DNA of 64,000 bases. Source: Azolla caroliniana. Taxonomy: Eukaryota > Plantae > Polypodiophyta. A program made the translations under genes and the position numbers. Location of the stretch: contig JBHGNT010000005.1 of the NCBI GenBank assembly GCA_043228905.1, forward strand, positions 11,718,001 to 11,782,000, in the 5' to 3' direction. Positions 60,373 through 64,000 of this stretch are shown here, in pieces (position 1 is the first letter of the stretch; each line of letters starts with the position of its first letter). A model generated the notes under the pieces. It ran no database searches. It saw only the letters and a list, made by a program, of their open reading frames with translations, and was not told the origin of the DNA.

Positions 60373-63300
60373 TGATGCGAAAGATATATGTATTATATGA
60401 AGGAAGATATACAACAGTAGTTAGAAGGCTTAAGACTGGCGTTGAACCGATTTGGTTCGAACTAATGCCTTGCGCCTCCTTTTATAGTGTCTTCAGGAAT
60501 ACTCCTGAAGTTTCTAGAATGTTCCAGAGAAATCTGGAATATACATCAATTTCCCAATAAAACCTAAATGAAAATAATATCCTTCAAATTACAATTCATA
60601 ACCTAATGGTAAAGTCTCGACCCGTGTAACAAAAGGTTATGGGTTCGAGTCTAGTTATGACACTATCCCCCCTTTAAAACGACGAGTCCCACGAGTCGTT
60701 TTGGATTGAGGACCCGGTTTCTCGGGATATCGTCGATGGAAGTCTTCTAGAAGAGCACGAGCATTGGTCACATTCTCGATCGGTTCCCAAGTACGCTCGC
60801 TGGGACTATATCCTAGCCAATCGACTAGATAGTAGAGCTTGTTGCGAACAATCTTGGAATCGAGGATGGCAGCGACCTCATACTCAGGTCCATCTTCGAG
60901 CTCGATAGGAGGTGGTGGTTGTATAGTACGTCCTGGGATAGTGCTCTCGTGATAGGGTTCGAGGAGAGAACTATGAAACACCGGATGTATCCGAAGTTGC
61001 GGAGGTAGCTCGAGACGAAAAGCGACATCATTAATCTTCCCGATAATACGGAAAGGACCTAATCGCCGATAATCCAACTTCTCACATGGGCGAGTAGTCT
61101 TGATGTGTCGTCGTAGCAGCCACACCCGATCTCCAATGTTAAAACTGGATGGAAGTCGATGACGATCTGCGTAGTCCTTGTGTGATTGTTGAGCTTGCTG
61201 GAGTTGAGTAGATAAATCCGCTTGTATCTTGCGTAACCGCTCCAAACGATCCTCCGCGCAAGGATTTGTGGACACTTCTGGGGTTTCAAGGACACACCAC
61301 CGGGGATGATATCCCGTATAAGCGTAGAATGGCGTGACTTTAGTCGATGCGTGGATAGCGTTATTATAGGCAAATTCGGCGAACTGAAGAATATCTGCCC
61401 AGTCATTCTGATGATAGTTGAGAAAGCACCGCAGATACTGCTCCAGTGTTTGATTTGTTCGTTCGGCTTGACCGTCGGTTTGTGGGTGGTAGCCGGAGGA
61501 GAGGTTACAAGTGACCTTCAGCATTTTAAAAAGGTGCTTCCAGAATTTTGACACAAACTGGGGTCCACGATCGCTGATGATATTATCAGGGAGTCCATGA
61601 TGCCGACATACTTCCCGCATGACAATTTCGGCGGTGTCTTCACTAGATATTTCTTTAGTACAAGGTAAGAAATGAGCCATCTTCGTATATCGATCCACCA
61701 CTGTGAGAATCGCACTGAATCCCTTAGAGACTGGAAGATCTGTAATGAAGTCAAGAGCAATGGATTGCCATGGCTTGCTTGGAATTGGTAATGGTTCTAA
61801 TAAACCATATGGATGATGTCTTGGCATTTTCGCTCTGCAGCATGTATCGCAAGTCCGAACAAAATCTTCGACAAATTGTCGCATACGGGGCCACCAGAAT
61901 GATCGTTGTACTAAATCTAATGTTTTAGTACTACCAAAATGTCCTGCTGTATATGTGTCATGGCAATTTTGTACTACTCGAAGGCGGCAAGAACCATTAG
62001 GAACATACAAAAGTTCTTTAAAGAAGAGTAATCCATCACAGTATTTGAATTGCCGATAATCCGTACCTGGTGATTGTGATTGTGAACATGACGCTCGAGA
62101 GGGGTCAATTTGTGCTAGTATAGCTTGGGCGAAAGCGTCAGTCTTCAAGTCCTCACGTATAGTATTGGTAATGTCGGAATCCACGGGCATGTCAAAGACC
62201 TGTGCTGCTTGCAGTCGTGCTGGACCCAAGATTACTTGCTTCTGGTTATCGAAAGCTGGCTCACCGGGACGTGGTGTTAGATACGAACGCCGTGATAATG
62301 CATCTGCCTTCCCTTGGTGCTTCCCCGGACGATATGTAATTTTGAAGTCGAAGCGTGTGAGGAAGTGGGCCCACCGAGCTTGACGTCGATTCAGTACACG
62401 AGCATCTTGAAAGTAGGCAAGGTTCTTGTGGTCACTGAATACAGTGACCTGATGAGGAGATCCCTCCAGGAAATGCCTCCATTGCATAAAAGAATCAACT
62501 ATTGCTAATAGCTCTTTATCATGAATTTCGTAGTTGATTTCGGCGGCGTCAAACTTACGGGAGTGGAAAGCCACAGGATGTAGCTTCTCGTCGTTACCCT
62601 GTTGTGACAGAATGCTCCCCAATGCGAAATCCGATGCGTCAGCTTCGATAATGAATGGTTTTTCCGGATCCACATGACCTAAAATTGGAGCTGATGTAAA
62701 CGCCTTCTTAAGACTCTCGAAAGCCATGTCCGTCTCTTTAGACCAAATGAATGATTGTCCCTTCCTGGTGAGCTGTGTGAGAGGCAGCACAATTTTTGAG
62801 TAATTTTGTATGAACTTCCGGTAAAAATTTGCAAAGCCTAGGAAGCATTGCACATCCCGCACCGAACGCGGAGTGTGCCATTCTATCACCGTTTTGACCT
62901 TGGCTGGGTCCATAGATATGCCTTCTGAGGAGATGACATAGCCGAGAAATTCCACTTGGTTGCACCCGAAACTACATTTCTCTAACTTTGCATACAGACC
63001 ATGTTCTCGAAGTCGTTTTAGTACTAATAGTACATGAGAATCATGTTCTTCTTGGGTCTTTGAATAAACCAGTAGATCATCCAAATAGATGATCAAAAAA
63101 TCATCCAAGAGATCTCGAAATATATCATTCGCCATGTGCTGGAAGACTGCCGGCGCATTAGTGAGTCCGAACGGCATGACCGTATACTCGAAGTGCCCAT
63201 ATCTGGTGCGAAACGCGGTCTTCCATTCATCTCCTGGTCGGATCCGTACGAGGTTATAGGCTCCTCGTAAGTCGATCTTCGTGAAGAACCTGGCACCGTT

Positions 63301-64000
63301 GATCCGTTCTAAAAGACTTGAGATAAGGGGAAGAGCATACCTATTTCTTACTGTGACCTTATTCAAGCCACGATAATCTACAACGAGTCGAAGCGAGCCA
63401 TCTTTTTTCTTGACGAAGAAAATGGGTGCGCCGGCTGGAGATTTCGAATGCCGAATGAAACCGTTCTCCAAATTCTCCTCTATATAGGCTCGAAGGACTT
63501 CTAGCTCGGTTGGTGACAAATTGTAGATCGGCCCCCATGGCGGCTCTTTTCCCGGTTGTAAGTCGATGGCGCAATCGTACGGCCGATGATGAGGAAGTGT
63601 GTTGGCTTGTACTTTATCGAACACATCAGCATACTGACGATACTTCTCGGGAAGTTGAACGGTGGACTCCTCTTTGGTGGTGCTGGAGGGTTGTACTGAT
63701 ATTGCGAAGAGAAACATTTCCTCCTTGCGCCCTTCCTCACGCAACTGACGTAGCGAAATGGTTGCAACCTTCTGGGTAGATCCTTGGGTTTGTCGCAACC
63801 GGATTTCCCTTGTCCTCCAATCTATGTCTGGGTTATGTAACTCGAACCATGGTAATCCTAAAACTATGGGATGTTCTGGAATACTAATAATATTAAATGA
63901 TACTACACATGTTAAGTTATCTAGGACAATATTAACGGGTTCCGACTCTTCTATGATATTACCAGAAGCAATGGGACGACCATCAATGACTACTACTGAG
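60192..64000 (-). mobile_element. Ty3/gypsy chromovirus (Tcn1-like), 3' portion; 5' part beyond the window
   Basis: 3' LTR 60192-60662 (tgtcagg...tatgaca) containing (GA)n and gaaggattagtact repeats; PPT aaaggggggatag at 60663-60675. Confidence 0.93.
60655..64000 (-). CDS. Chromovirus pol (protease end, RT, RNase H, integrase, chromodomain), open to the window edge
   Basis: RT (VDYRGLN, KIDLRGAYNLVRI, MPFGLTNAPAVFQ, YLDD), RNase H (EADASD, YEIHDKELLAI), IN (ALDFITDLP, ISDRG, PQTDGQAER), GPF motif, chromodomain YEVAAILDSK...YYLVDWLGYSPSERTWEP. Confidence 0.95.
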   Translation of the reverse strand, partial: SVVVIDGRPIASGNIIEESEPVNIVLDNLTCVVSFNIISIPEHPIVLGLPWFELHNPDIDWRTREIRLRQTQGSTQKVATISLRQLREEGRKEEMFLFAISVQPSSTTKEESTVQLPEKYRQYADVFDKVQANTLPHHRPYDCAIDLQPGKEPPWGPIYNLSPTELEVLRAYIEENLENGFIRHSKSPAGAPIFFVKKKDGSLRLVVDYRGLNKVTVRNRYALPLISSLLERINGARFFTKIDLRGAYNLVRIRPGDEWKTAFRTRYGHFEYTVMPFGLTNAPAVFQHMANDIFRDLLDDFLIIYLDDLLVYSKTQEEHDSHVLLVLKRLREHGLYAKLEKCSFGCNQVEFLGYVISSEGISMDPAKVKTVIEWHTPRSVRDVQCFLGFANFYRKFIQNYSKIVLPLTQLTRKGQSFIWSKETDMAFESLKKAFTSAPILGHVDPEKPFIIEADASDFALGSILSQQGNDEKLHPVAFHSRKFDAAEINYEIHDKELLAIVDSFMQWRHFLEGSPHQVTVFSDHKNLAYFQDARVLNRRQARWAHFLTRFDFKITYRPGKHQGKADALSRRSYLTPRPGEPAFDNQKQVILGPARLQAAQVFDMPVDSDITNTIREDLKTDAFAQAILAQIDPSRASCSQSQSPGTDYRQFKYCDGLLFFKELLYVPNGSCRLRVVQNCHDTYTAGHFGSTKTLDLVQRSFWWPRMRQFVEDFVRTCDTCCRAKMPRHHPYGLLEPLPIPSKPWQSIALDFITDLPVSKGFSAILTVVDRYTKMAHFLPCTKEISSEDTAEIVMREVCRHHGLPDNIISDRGPQFVSKFWKHLFKMLKVTCNLSSGYHPQTDGQAERTNQTLEQYLRCFLNYHQNDWADILQFAEFAYNNAIHASTKVTPFYAYTGYHPRWCVLETPEVSTNPCAEDRLERLRKIQADLSTQLQQAQQSHKDYADRHRLPSSFNIGDRVWLLRRHIKTTRPCEKLDYRRLGPFRIIGKINDVAFRLELPPQLRIHPVFHSSLLEPYHESTIPGRTIQPPPPIELEDGPEYEVAAILDSKIVRNKLYYLVDWLGYSPSERTWEPIENVTNARALLEDFHRRYPEKPGPQSKTTRGTRRFKGGIVS

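Overview
Plant nuclear DNA, very likely from a fern. The PPR gene uses 36-aa LL-type L motifs, and there is a Tcn1-like chromovirus. Roughly four fifths of the window is nested LTR retrotransposons: several Ty1/copia copies in two lineages (one young copy with an uninterrupted 1357-aa ORF), two Athila/Tat-superclade-like Ty3/gypsy copies (one near-intact, with a large extra ORF), and a chromodomain-bearing gypsy. There is also a LINE remnant. One gene island (about 22.9-28.4 kb) holds two convergent host genes: an intronless F-box/kelch gene and a PLS-E class PPR gene. The main finding is an upstream exon of the PPR gene, missed by the ORF track and spliced across a canonical GT-AG intron. It adds an N-terminal PDF motif of the type found in organellar ssDNA-binding OSB/PTAC9 proteins, giving a predicted PDF-PPR fusion. 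Next in interest is the gypsy element with a tRNA-Arg-type PBS, three gag zinc knuckles, a ~1000-aa coiled-coil third ORF and no recognisable PPT. All calls are from reading the sequence by eye; no searches were run.
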